From the NCBI GenBank assembly GCA_001303125.1, contig LJNE01000004.1, positions 1 through 33,688 of the forward strand: DNA of 33,688 nucleotides, in the 5' to 3' direction. Below are positions 1 through 8,424 of this stretch, piece by piece. How positions within the stretch are numbered: position 1 is the first letter of the stretch; each line of letters opens with the position of its first letter. This DNA comes from Parcubacteria bacterium DG_74_1. GTDB lineage: Bacteria > Patescibacteriota > Minisyncoccia > Minisyncoccales > DG-74-1. A program made the translations under genes and the position numbers. The notes under the pieces were generated by a model that saw only the letters and a program-made list of their open reading frames with translations, had not been told where the DNA came from and did no database searches.

Positions 1-1
1 G

Positions 2-76
2 GTAACAAATTTAGAAGAAGAGCTGAAGACTATAAAGGCCCGAATTTCCGAACTTAAAGGACAAAATAAAAAATAA
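2..76 (+). CDS. 3' end of an upstream gene, likely the coiled-coil tail of a DUF5320-family protein (partial)
   Basis: Frame 2 reads VTNLEEELKTIKARISELKGQNKK* with TAA at 74-76, 1 nt before the next ATG. The tail resembles DUF5320 proteins, which neighbour NifX/DUF134 genes. Confidence 0.5.
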   Translation, partial: VTNLEEELKTIKARISELKGQNKK

Positions 77-77
77 A

Positions 78-416
78 ATGAAAGTAGCCATAAGTTCAAC
101 AGGCGAAAAAGTTACGGACAATGTTAGCGAAGTATTCGCAAGGTGTCCTTATTTTGTTGTTGCCGAGATTGAGAACGAAAAAATTCAAACAACAGAAATT
201 ATAGAAAATAAAATCGCAAATCAGTTAGGTCAAGCAGGTATTTCAGCTGCCCAATTAATGGCAGAAAAAGATGTTAAGGCCGTGATTACAAAAAATGTCG
301 GGCCGAGAGCCCTTGACGTATTAAATCAATTTCAGATAGGCGTTTATACTGGAGAAGGTGGTGTGGAGAAGGTTTTGCAAGAATTTATTGACGGGAAACT
401 TAAAAGAATAAATTAA
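78..416 (+). CDS. NifB/NifX (IssA/orange-protein-like) family protein
   Basis: MKVAISS start, FARCPYF motif, G-x-G-I-x-AAQL and VGPRA motifs, 112 aa. Confidence 0.85.
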   Translation: MKVAISSTGEKVTDNVSEVFARCPYFVVAEIENEKIQTTEIIENKIANQLGQAGISAAQLMAEKDVKAVITKNVGPRALDVLNQFQIGVYTGEGGVEKVLQEFIDGKLKRIN

Positions 417-417
417 T

Positions 418-765
418 ATGAAAATAGCGGTTCCGACGGATGAAAAAGGTTCTTTAGATGATAAAGTTGCCTTGCATTTCGGCAGGGCAAATAACTTCTT
501 GATTTATAATACAGAAACGAAAGGTTTCGAAATTTTTCCTAACCCCGAAGTTACAGGGGGAAAAGAATTTCCGCCAGATTTTTTGCATAGTCAAGGAGTA
601 AAAGCAATTATTGTTTTTGCTTTAGGGACATTGGCTCATCAGAAATTCAAAAACTATGCTATTAAAATGTATAAGGCAATCCAGGGCACCATTGCTGATA
701 ATCTACAAAAATTTGGAGATGGTAAATTACAGGAGCTGAAAGAAGAAGATGTAGACGTATTTTAA
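418..765 (+). CDS. Second NifB/NifX family protein
   Basis: MKIAVPT start, HFGRA motif, 115 aa. Confidence 0.85.
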   Translation: MKIAVPTDEKGSLDDKVALHFGRANNFLIYNTETKGFEIFPNPEVTGGKEFPPDFLHSQGVKAIIVFALGTLAHQKFKNYAIKMYKAIQGTIADNLQKFGDGKLQELKEEDVDVF

Positions 766-770
766 TTTTT

Positions 771-1964
771 ATGAATCAAAGGTGGATTAAAGAAATTCAA
801 TCAAGGGTTGAAAAAGTACCAATTAGTAGCGGCCGGTCTGATAAAGCCAGCAAGGTTAGTTTTGACGATTTAGTTTTTGTTCCTGCCCAACTGGCTAAGA
901 GACCGGTTGATTATTTCAGGGATGGGATTTCAGCAAAAACAATTATAGGGAAAAATAGTAAGAAGCCCATTGAACTTCAAACTCCGATAATCATTGGGGC
1001 GATGAGTTTCGGCGCCCTTTCCAGAGAGGCGAAAATTGCCTTAGCTAAGGCCTCTGCTTTAGCTGGAACGATAGAAAACACTGGGGAAGGGGGAGTTTTG
1101 CCGGAAGAAAGAGAATTTTCAGATAAGCTGATTATTCAATATTCCACCGGTAGATTTGGTATTACCGAAGAAATCTTGAAAAAAGCAGATGCCATTGAAA
1201 TAAAAATCGGCCAGGGAGCTAAGCCGGGACAAGGAGGTCTTCTTCTTGGAGAAAAAGTAACCAAGGAGATTGCCGAGGTCAGAAACGTTCCCTTGGGCAA
1301 AAATATCGCTTCTCCAGCTTATCATTTGGACATTAAAAATATTGATGATTTAAGGAAAAAAGTTGATTGGCTTAGAGGGCTTGCCGGCGGAGTACCTATT
1401 ATTTTAAAATTAGGGGCAGGGGATATAGAAGCAGATGTAAAACTCGCCGTCAGGGCTAACCCGGACGTAATTGCCATTGATGGCTTGGAAGGCGGAACTG
1501 GTGCTGCACCAGAAGTAATGCTAGTAGAAGTTGGTATTCCCGCTTTAGCTGCCTTGACGAAAGCCAGGCAAGTTTTAGGTAAATTAGGTGCTAAGCAGGA
1601 ATTATGGATAGGAGGAGGATTGAATAAAGGTGGAGATTTTGCCAAAGCTTTAGCCTTAGGAGCAGATGCGGTATTTTGCGCCTTCCCCTTGTTAATTGCT
1701 ATGGGGTGTACTTACTGCCAGCAATGTTATTCGGGTAAGTGTCCCAAAGGAATTACTAGTCAAGATCCAGAATTAAGAAAAAATTTAAATACTGAAGAAG
1801 CTTCCCAAAATGTTGCTAATTTTATTGAAAATTGTACTGAAGAGATAAAAGTGGTAGCCGGAGCCTGCGGAGAAGATAATATTCATAATTTAAACAAAAA
1901 TCATTTGAGAGCTTTAAATTCAGAGATTGCTAAAATAGCCGAGGTAAAATTGTGCTCAGACTAA
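771..1964 (+). CDS. Stand-alone FMN-binding glutamate synthase domain protein (archaeal GltB2-like) with Fe-S motif
   Basis: MSFGALS, NTGEGG, EIKIGQGAKPGQGG, IDGLEGGTGAAP, CTYCQQCYSGKCPKGI; no amidotransferase or GXGXG domain. Confidence 0.9.
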   Translation: MNQRWIKEIQSRVEKVPISSGRSDKASKVSFDDLVFVPAQLAKRPVDYFRDGISAKTIIGKNSKKPIELQTPIIIGAMSFGALSREAKIALAKASALAGTIENTGEGGVLPEEREFSDKLIIQYSTGRFGITEEILKKADAIEIKIGQGAKPGQGGLLLGEKVTKEIAEVRNVPLGKNIASPAYHLDIKNIDDLRKKVDWLRGLAGGVPIILKLGAGDIEADVKLAVRANPDVIAIDGLEGGTGAAPEVMLVEVGIPALAALTKARQVLGKLGAKQELWIGGGLNKGGDFAKALALGADAVFCAFPLLIAMGCTYCQQCYSGKCPKGITSQDPELRKNLNTEEASQNVANFIENCTEEIKVVAGACGEDNIHNLNKNHLRALNSEIAKIAEVKLCSD

Positions 1965-1992
1965 ACAAACAAGAATATTTAGTTAAATATAT

Positions 1993-2607
1993 ATGATAGA
2001 AATAAATCTCACGGATCAAAATTTCGAGCAATTTATTCAAAATTCAGAGAAGCCTGTATTGGTTGATTTTTGGGCCGAGTGGTGCATGCCTTGCTTTGCC
2101 TTAGGTCCAATTTTAGAAAAAGTAGCCCAAGAATATACTGAGAAAATTACCCTTGCCAAGGTTAATTTGGATGTCGCTCCTCAGATTTCCCAGAAATACA
2201 AAATTGAACGAATTCCAACCGTTATCCTGTTTAAGGGCGGGAAACCGATTATTGGATTCATCGGGGTAAGACCCGAGTCCTTAGTAAAAGAATTTTTGGA
2301 CGAAGCACTGAAAAAAGTCTCAGAAGCAGAAATTCCAGAAAATATAGAAGAGATAATAAAGAATTATCAAACATATGCCGAAGAGAACGGGTTTAAGTTA
2401 AATCCGGACAGAGAGACAGTAGAGAGATTACTGAAGGGGTTATTGGCTAATGAAAAAAAGTATGGAGCCAGATATTGTCCCTGTCGTAGAGTGAGCGGTA
2501 ATCGAGAAGAAGATAAGCCAAAAATCTGCCCCTGCCAGTGGCATAAAGAAGAGATTGAAAGAGACGGGCATTGCTTCTGCGGATTATTTGTGAAGAATTC
2601 TTATTAA
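1993..2607 (+). CDS. Thioredoxin fused to ferredoxin:thioredoxin reductase catalytic subunit
   Basis: N-terminal VDFWAEWCMPC...IPT thioredoxin; C-terminal YCPCR...ICPC...GHCFCGLF FTR catalytic-chain motifs. Confidence 0.9.
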   Translation: MIEINLTDQNFEQFIQNSEKPVLVDFWAEWCMPCFALGPILEKVAQEYTEKITLAKVNLDVAPQISQKYKIERIPTVILFKGGKPIIGFIGVRPESLVKEFLDEALKKVSEAEIPENIEEIIKNYQTYAEENGFKLNPDRETVERLLKGLLANEKKYGARYCPCRRVSGNREEDKPKICPCQWHKEEIERDGHCFCGLFVKNSY

Positions 2608-2620
2608 AAAAAATAAAAAG

Positions 2621-3253
2621 GTGAAAATTACTATTGTTTACGATAACACAGCTTTTAGAAAAGACCTGCAGGCTGATTCGGGCTTTTCTGCTTTAATTGA
2701 GGCAAAAAACACCCCTAAGATTTTGTTTGATACCGGAGCCAACGGAAAGACTTTACTAAACAATATGGAAAAATTAGGAATTGACCCTTTGTTGATTGAG
2801 GAAATTTTTATTTCCCATCCTCATCTCGACCATACTGGAGGATTGGCTGATTTTTTGGAAGTAAATTCTCAGATCAAAAAAATCTATGTTCCTTCTACTT
2901 TAGGATTAGCGGATGAAATTATTTTACAAGAACCTCAGAAAATTCACGAAAATATATTTTCCACGGGCGAATTAGAAGATATAGAACAAAGCATAGGAGT
3001 AATAGCCGAAAAGGGAACAGTTTTAATCGTCGGTTGTTCTCATCCATATATGGGAAGTATTTTAAATATCGCTAAGCAGTTCGGTAAACCCCGTGCAGTT
3101 ATTGGGGGAATGCATGGGTTTTCCGCGTTTGAACTATTTAAAGATTTAGAATTAATTTGCCCGACCCACTGCACGCAACACAAAAGCGAACTCAAAGAGC
3201 TGTATCCCCAAAAATATATTGAAGGCGGAGCCGGCAGAATAATTACCCTATGA
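2621..3253 (+). CDS. MBL-fold metallo-hydrolase (COG1237-like)
   Basis: GTG start; LFDTG, SHPHLDHTGG (HxHxDH), GCSH, GGMH, PTHCT. Confidence 0.85.
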   Translation: MKITIVYDNTAFRKDLQADSGFSALIEAKNTPKILFDTGANGKTLLNNMEKLGIDPLLIEEIFISHPHLDHTGGLADFLEVNSQIKKIYVPSTLGLADEIILQEPQKIHENIFSTGELEDIEQSIGVIAEKGTVLIVGCSHPYMGSILNIAKQFGKPRAVIGGMHGFSAFELFKDLELICPTHCTQHKSELKELYPQKYIEGGAGRIITL

Positions 3254-3819
3254 TTACGGAGAAAACAAAGGAAGAGCTCAAAAAGATTAAAAACGATGTT
3301 TTAAATTGTCAAAAATGTCCTCTATATATAGAAAGAGCTAAAAGTAAATTTTACCCGGTGATTGGAGAAGGAAGTTATCAGGCGAGTATAATGTTTGTCG
3401 GAGAAGCTCCGGGACTGAACGAGGCCAAGACGGGCAGGCCTTTTTGCGGGGCAGCCGGTAAGGTATTAGACGAGCTTTTAGAATCTGCTGGCATAAAAAG
3501 AGAAGATGTTTATATTACCAATATTCTGAAAGATAGGCCCCCTGAAAATCGAGACCCGCAGCCAGAAGAAATTAAGGCCTGCACTCCTTATTTGGAGAGA
3601 CAGATTGAGGCAATAAAACCTAAAGTTATTTGTCCTTTGGGCAGATATTCAATGAAATTTTTGATGGAGAAATTTGGATTAGGAAACCAATTAGAAGGTA
3701 TTAGTAAAATTCATGGTAAATTATTTGAGAGCAATAATCTTTTTCAGAAGATTACCATAATACCCTTCTATCATCCAGCTGTAGCTACTTATAATCCAAA
3801 ACATGAAGAGGATTCTTAA
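3250..3819 (+). CDS. Uracil-DNA glycosylase family 4 ([4Fe-4S]); 3' end probably mis-sequenced, true stop near 3852
   Basis: CQKCPL, FVGEAPG, GRPFCGAAG, RPPENRDP, YHPA; ATGA overlap with the upstream gene. Confidence 0.9.
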   Translation: MITEKTKEELKKIKNDVLNCQKCPLYIERAKSKFYPVIGEGSYQASIMFVGEAPGLNEAKTGRPFCGAAGKVLDELLESAGIKREDVYITNILKDRPPENRDPQPEEIKACTPYLERQIEAIKPKVICPLGRYSMKFLMEKFGLGNQLEGISKIHGKLFESNNLFQKITIIPFYHPAVATYNPKHEEDS

Positions 3820-3857
3820 AAGAAGATTTCAAAAATCTTGAAAACAATATAAAAAAT

Positions 3858-4411
3858 ATGGCTATCATCCTACCAAAACAGGTGTGGACCGGAGAAGGAG
3901 AGTTGCTTTTCCAAAAGGTCAGAGAAAAGTGACGGATTTTGAGCAGGCGAGAAAAATAGTAAATTCGTTAAAGAAAACCTTAGAGCGCTACGGTGGAGTA
4001 GGATTGGCCGCTCCTCAAATAGGCATTTCTCAAAGAGTGTTTATTGTGAATATTTCTCCGGATAATAACTACCGTCCGGATCTACCTAAAATTGGTTTCC
4101 GCGCTTTCTTGAATCCGGAAATTTTAGCAGTATCTTCGGAAACTAATTATGATATTGAAGGATGTTTGAGTATCTTTTACGGTACCCTTTATGGACCAGT
4201 AGCCAGAGGAAGTTATGTTAAGCTGAAATATTTGGATGTTAACGGAGAAGAACGGATAGAAGAAATTAATCAACCTTTTTATGCCAGAGTGGCCTTACAC
4301 GAGAATGATCACTTAGATGGCAAGATATTTTTACAGCGGATGAGTCTAGAGAATTTCTCAAAATTATCCTGGAATGAAGATTTAGACATAAGAAACAAAG
4401 GTTTAAAATAA
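3858..4411 (+). CDS. def: Peptide deformylase; apparent +2 frameshift near 3913-3928, likely a sequencing error
   Basis: GVGLAAPQIG, EGCLS, HENDHLDG. ATG 3858 gives MAIILPKQVWTGEGELLFQK in a different frame from the body. Confidence 0.85.
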
Positions 4412-4415
4412 CTTT

Positions 4416-5093
4416 ATGGCAGAACCTATTTTAAAAGTGAGAAATTTAAATGTAGATTTAGGGAAAGAAAAAGTAATTGAAGATTTGGACTTTGACTTAA
4501 ATGAGAAAGAAGTATTAATCATTTTAGGGCCGAATGGAGCCGGGAAAAGCGTTTTATTGCGCACTCTGCTGGGATTACACCAATTCCAGGGCCAAATCCA
4601 GTGGAAGAAAAATACCCACATTGGTTATGTACCGGAAAGTTTTGATGTTTCGCCGGACCTCCCCTTAAGTGTAAAAGAATTTTTTCAGTTTAAGAAAGCT
4701 AGCTTACAAGAGATGTTACAAGCTCTTCGGTGGATAGGCGTAGAAAATTTTTCTAAATTTTTAGAAAAAAGAGTAGGCGCCCTTTCTACTGGACAATTGC
4801 GTCGAGCTATTATTGCCTGGGCCTTAGTTGATAAGCCCGACGTTTTGCTATTAGACGAGCCGATGCTGGGGGTTGATATCCATGGCCGAGAGACTATTTA
4901 TGACACCTTGGTAAAGCTTTGGCAGGAGCAAAACCAGGCAATTATTTTGGTTTCCCACGAGATAGGAGAAGTTGTTAAAAAAGCTGATAAAATTCTGGCT
5001 ATAAACAGAAGAAAACTGTTTTTAGGTCCGCCGGAAAAAGTTATTACTTCTCAAAACCTAGCTAAAATTTATGGAGGAGCAATTTCTCTTTAG
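4416..5093 (+). CDS. Metal (Zn/Mn/Fe) ABC transporter ATP-binding subunit, ZnuC-like
   Basis: GPNGAGKS, IGYVPE, LSTGQ, LLDEP, VSH. Confidence 0.9.
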   Translation: MAEPILKVRNLNVDLGKEKVIEDLDFDLNEKEVLIILGPNGAGKSVLLRTLLGLHQFQGQIQWKKNTHIGYVPESFDVSPDLPLSVKEFFQFKKASLQEMLQALRWIGVENFSKFLEKRVGALSTGQLRRAIIAWALVDKPDVLLLDEPMLGVDIHGRETIYDTLVKLWQEQNQAIILVSHEIGEVVKKADKILAINRRKLFLGPPEKVITSQNLAKIYGGAISL

Positions 5094-5841
5094 TTTAATA
5101 ACAGGAATTTCTATTGGTGGGGTAGCTGGATATTTGGGATCTTTAATGATTACCAAAAGAATGGCTTTGGTGGGTGATGCCTTAGGCCATGTTGCCTTGC
5201 CGGGCGTGGCCTTAGCTTTGATTTATGGTTTTAGCGTTTCTTTAGGGGCTTTTCCGATTTTGCTTCTAGGTATTATTTTAATTTGGCTGTTTGAAATGAG
5301 AACGAAATTACCGATGGAAGCCTTGACTGGCGTTGTTTTTACAGCTTCCGTGGCTATTGCCTTTTTGCTTTTACCGGAGAGCCAGGTTTCTACTGCTTTA
5401 ATTGGCGATATTTCTCAGGTAGGGTTTTGGGACACTCTAGTTTCGCTAATATTCTGTATTGTTACCTGGCTGATTCTGTGGAAGATTTTTTCTAAGATCA
5501 TTTTAGCCAATCTCTCTGAGAATTTAGCCAAAGTAGAGCATGTGAAAGTCGAAAGATATAATTTTGTTTATTTAATCTGTATTGCTATTGTTGTCGCTTT
5601 GGGTATTAAAGTAACTGGCTCTCTGTTAATGGGAGCTATGGTTGTTACTCCAGCAGCGGCGGCTCGCAATTTTGCTCGTAATTTATCTCAATACTCTTAC
5701 GGAGCTTTGATAATTGGTGGCCTGAGTTGCGCTTTGGGGATTTTAGCTTTTAAATTTTTCGCCTTGCCAGCCGGTCCTTTGATTATTCTTGTTGCCACCC
5801 TTCTTTTTTTAATTTCTTTAATTTTTAAAAAATTAACTTAA
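5071..5841 (+). CDS. Metal ABC transporter permease, ZnuB/ABC-3 family
   Basis: RMALVGDALGHVALPG motif, multiple TM segments, PAAAAR. Confidence 0.9.
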   Translation: MEEQFLFSLITGISIGGVAGYLGSLMITKRMALVGDALGHVALPGVALALIYGFSVSLGAFPILLLGIILIWLFEMRTKLPMEALTGVVFTASVAIAFLLLPESQVSTALIGDISQVGFWDTLVSLIFCIVTWLILWKIFSKIILANLSENLAKVEHVKVERYNFVYLICIAIVVALGIKVTGSLLMGAMVVTPAAAARNFARNLSQYSYGALIIGGLSCALGILAFKFFALPAGPLIILVATLLFLISLIFKKLT

Positions 5842-5845
5842 ACAT

Positions 5846-6712
5846 ATGAAGATTGCCATAACCGGAGGAAAAGGCGGAGTGGGGAAATCAATAGTAGCGA
5901 CTTCACTGGCCGTGGAATTTGCCAGTAAAAATAGAACAATATTGATAGATGCGGATGCAGAATGTCCGAACGATCACCTCTTACTCTCCGTAAAAAGAAA
6001 AAAGTATGCCACTATTTATCAGTCAATCCCAAAATTTGATTATAGTAAGTGTAAAAAATGCGGCAGGTGCGCTCTTGCCTGTAAAAAAGAAGCTATTGTT
6101 TGGGTTAAAGGAAAATTTCCGGCTTTTGTAAAAGATGCCTGTATTGGTTGTTTGGCTTGTCAAGCTGCCTGTCCTTATGGCGCCATAAGAGAGACGAAAA
6201 AAGAAATCGGGAAGATTTATACCGGAAAAAACTATAACGTTAATTTAGTTTCCAGCGAACTTAAATTGGGAGAATTGGCTTCTGGAGAGGTGGTTGCCGA
6301 GGTAAGAAAACGCTCAGACGAAATCAATAAAAAAGTAAAGGCTAATATAATGATTATAGATTCTTCGCCAGGAATTGGCTGTCCAGTCATTGCTTCTTTG
6401 GTTGGTACAGATTATATAGTGGCCGTAACCGAGCCGACACCTTCCGCCCTGTTTGACCTGAAAAGGGTTTTGTATCTCGCCAATCACTTCAGGATTAAGC
6501 ACGGAATTGTTGTGAATAAATTCGATCTCACCAAAAAGTTTTATAGAGAAATTGAAAAATTTGCTAAAGAGAAAAAAATCCCAATCCTCAGCAGAATACC
6601 TTACAGAAAAGATTTCGTTACCTCCGTCATAAAAATGAAGCCCGTAGTTAAGATCAACCCGAAATATAAAAAAATGTTTAAAGAGATTATTGATAAAATT
6701 AATATAAAATAA
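5846..6712 (+). CDS. MinD/ParA-like P-loop ATPase with inserted 2x[4Fe-4S] ferredoxin domain (COG1149)
   Basis: GGKGGVGKS, DADAECPN, CKKCGRCALAC, CIGCLACQAACP, DSSPGIGCPV, VTEPT. Confidence 0.9.
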   Translation: MKIAITGGKGGVGKSIVATSLAVEFASKNRTILIDADAECPNDHLLLSVKRKKYATIYQSIPKFDYSKCKKCGRCALACKKEAIVWVKGKFPAFVKDACIGCLACQAACPYGAIRETKKEIGKIYTGKNYNVNLVSSELKLGELASGEVVAEVRKRSDEINKKVKANIMIIDSSPGIGCPVIASLVGTDYIVAVTEPTPSALFDLKRVLYLANHFRIKHGIVVNKFDLTKKFYREIEKFAKEKKIPILSRIPYRKDFVTSVIKMKPVVKINPKYKKMFKEIIDKINIK

Positions 6713-6713
6713 G

Positions 6714-7763
6714 ATGAAAGAAAAAATAGCTTTAATTTCGGTACTAGCAAATTTTGTTTTAGCCGGAGGAAAAATTGCCGTCGGTTTCTTTTCTCATTCT
6801 GCCGCTATCTTGGCAGAAGGACTTCATTCATTTATGGATATTTTCTCCTCAGCGGTCGGCTATATTGGAATCAAAATTTCCAAAAAACCTGAAGACGAAA
6901 AACATCCCTATGGTCATTATAAATTTGAGGTTTTAGCCGGAGTAATTATTACCTTGATTCTTTTAGCAACTGGTCTGGGGATAATGTGGGAAGCCTATAA
7001 GAATTTTTTAGCTCCGGAAAAAATTGAAATTGGCTATTGGGCCCTTGGGGTAATGCTCTTTTCAGCAGCCTTAAACGAAGTGATGGCTCGCTTGAAAATG
7101 CATTTCGGTAAAAAAGAAAACTCCATTGCTCTTTTGTCTGACGGCCTTCATTCGAGGGTTGATGTTTTTGCTTCTCTGACAGTTTTTGTGGGTTTGATTC
7201 TAGCGAGATACTGGATATTTATCGATTCGGCCCTGGCTTTTTTAATTGGCCTTTATATCATCAAAGAATCTTTCTCTTTGGGCAAAGAAGCAATTGATTC
7301 CTTACTTGACGTTTCAGCCGGTGAGGAAATAGAGAAACAGATAAAAACAATTACTGAGACAGAAGGCGTTGAAATGGCTTATTTAAAAACCCAGAAAAAA
7401 GGTTCGGCCGTTACCGCCAACTTGGAAATAAGGTTACCGAACAATTTAAATGTAGAGGAAGCAACCAAAATTTCCAATAGTTTGCGAGAAAAACTTATAA
7501 GAGAGATTGAGAGTCTTCAGTATGTTGTCATTCAAATTACCAGCCACCAAGTAGAAACCGGTTTTTACAAACCTGCTTTTGGTAGGGCTTTTGGCTGGCA
7601 AAGGAGAGGTAGGTTTAGAGGGGCATTTGCCACAGCAACGGGAGGAGGACCGGGCGGTTACTGTATCTGTCCCAAATGCGGTTATAAAATTATCCATCAA
7701 CGCGGCATTCCCTGCTCAAGCCTTACCTGTCCGAAATGTCAAACAAACTTAGTTAGAAAATAA
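6714..7763 (+). CDS. Cation diffusion facilitator (FieF-like) with C-terminal Gly/Arg-rich and Cys-rich extension
   Basis: HSFMD, HPYGHYKFE, HSRVD CDF motifs; tail GPGGYCICPKCG...HQRGIPC...CPKC. Confidence 0.9.
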   Translation: MKEKIALISVLANFVLAGGKIAVGFFSHSAAILAEGLHSFMDIFSSAVGYIGIKISKKPEDEKHPYGHYKFEVLAGVIITLILLATGLGIMWEAYKNFLAPEKIEIGYWALGVMLFSAALNEVMARLKMHFGKKENSIALLSDGLHSRVDVFASLTVFVGLILARYWIFIDSALAFLIGLYIIKESFSLGKEAIDSLLDVSAGEEIEKQIKTITETEGVEMAYLKTQKKGSAVTANLEIRLPNNLNVEEATKISNSLREKLIREIESLQYVVIQITSHQVETGFYKPAFGRAFGWQRRGRFRGAFATATGGGPGGYCICPKCGYKIIHQRGIPCSSLTCPKCQTNLVRK

Positions 7764-7780
7764 TTCGATAAACTTACCAT

Positions 7781-8059
7781 ATGGTCAGACCATTAAAACC
7801 AAGGAGGGTATTATTCGATCCAAGCGTAGTTTATTTCAAGCCCCGAGCTGTACCTCTATCACTGTTAGAAGAAGTTGATTTGAGTATAGACGAGCTTGAA
7901 GCTTTGCGGCTTTGCGACTTGAAAAACTTGGCACAGGTAGAAGCAGCCAAAAAAATGGATATTTCCCAAAGCACTTTCCAGAGGATTCTGACTTCGGCCC
8001 GGCAAAAGGTTGCCCAGGCCCTTACTGAAGGAAGGGCCATAAAAATTAGAAAGAGATAG
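7781..8059 (+). CDS. DUF134 (UPF0251) predicted DNA-binding protein
   Basis: RP-x-KPR, YFKP, DELEALRLCD, Q-x-EAAKKMDISQSTFQRIL-x-SAR-x-K-x-A. Confidence 0.9.
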   Translation: MVRPLKPRRVLFDPSVVYFKPRAVPLSLLEEVDLSIDELEALRLCDLKNLAQVEAAKKMDISQSTFQRILTSARQKVAQALTEGRAIKIRKR

Positions 8060-8090
8060 TCGCTGGCTAGTATCAAATAAAATTTCCTAC

Positions 8091-8119
8091 TTGACAGAGA
8101 TAATCCTTATAGCTTTAAT
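8091..8119 (+). promoter_or_regulatory. Putative sigma70 promoter for ferredoxin
   Basis: TTGACA (8091-8096), 17 nt spacer, TTTAAT (8114-8119); GGAG at 8120-8123 before ATG 8128. Confidence 0.5.
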
Positions 8120-8127
8120 GGAGCAAT

Positions 8128-8313
8128 ATGACCTGTAAGGTTGATAAAGAAAAATGTATTGGTTGCGGTCTTTGTTCCAATCTCTGTTCGGAGGTTTTTG
8201 AATTAACAGGAGATGGCAAGGCAACAGTGAAAGAAGGAGCAGATTTAGAGAAGAACAAAGAATGCGTTAAAGAAGCCAAAGAAAGCTGCCCGGTCGGCGC
8301 GATCGAGGCGTAA
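8128..8313 (+). CDS. Small single-cluster ferredoxin
   Basis: CIGCGLCSNLC ... SCPVGAI, 61 aa. Confidence 0.9.
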   Translation: MTCKVDKEKCIGCGLCSNLCSEVFELTGDGKATVKEGADLEKNKECVKEAKESCPVGAIEA

Positions 8314-8384
8314 TAGCTCTATGTTTTTCCAGGATTAACCAGAAAGAACCACCAATACTTTTTGGGAATTATTTGTTGGATAAT

Positions 8385-8407
8385 AAAATCGCCAGATTGG
8401 CGGTTTT
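8385..8407 (+). terminator. Hairpin / probable intrinsic terminator after ferredoxin
   Basis: AAAATCGCCA-GAT-TGGCGGTTTT. Confidence 0.5.
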
Positions 8408-8424
8408 ATGTTAAGATAAAAAAC

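Noticed and set aside
78-765. Nitrogen fixation suggested by NifB/NifX-family genes
   Set aside because: No nifHDK/ENB; this domain is common in non-diazotrophic anaerobes.
3822-3860. Possible UDG-deformylase fusion via the frame KEDFKNLENNIKNMAI
   Set aside because: It needs a particular subset of indel corrections; separate genes with a stop at 3852 are simpler. Reads are needed to exclude it.
3884-3930. Track start of def (MDRRRRVAFPKGQR)
   Set aside because: Not deformylase-like; ATG 3858 in another frame gives a more plausible N-terminus.
8362-8424. Extended TTG start for sufC
   Set aside because: It runs through a terminator-like hairpin; ATG 8425 matches the family start. Similar over-extended track starts were trimmed for rpsL, rpsG, tuf, rpsJ, rplC, rplD and rplB.
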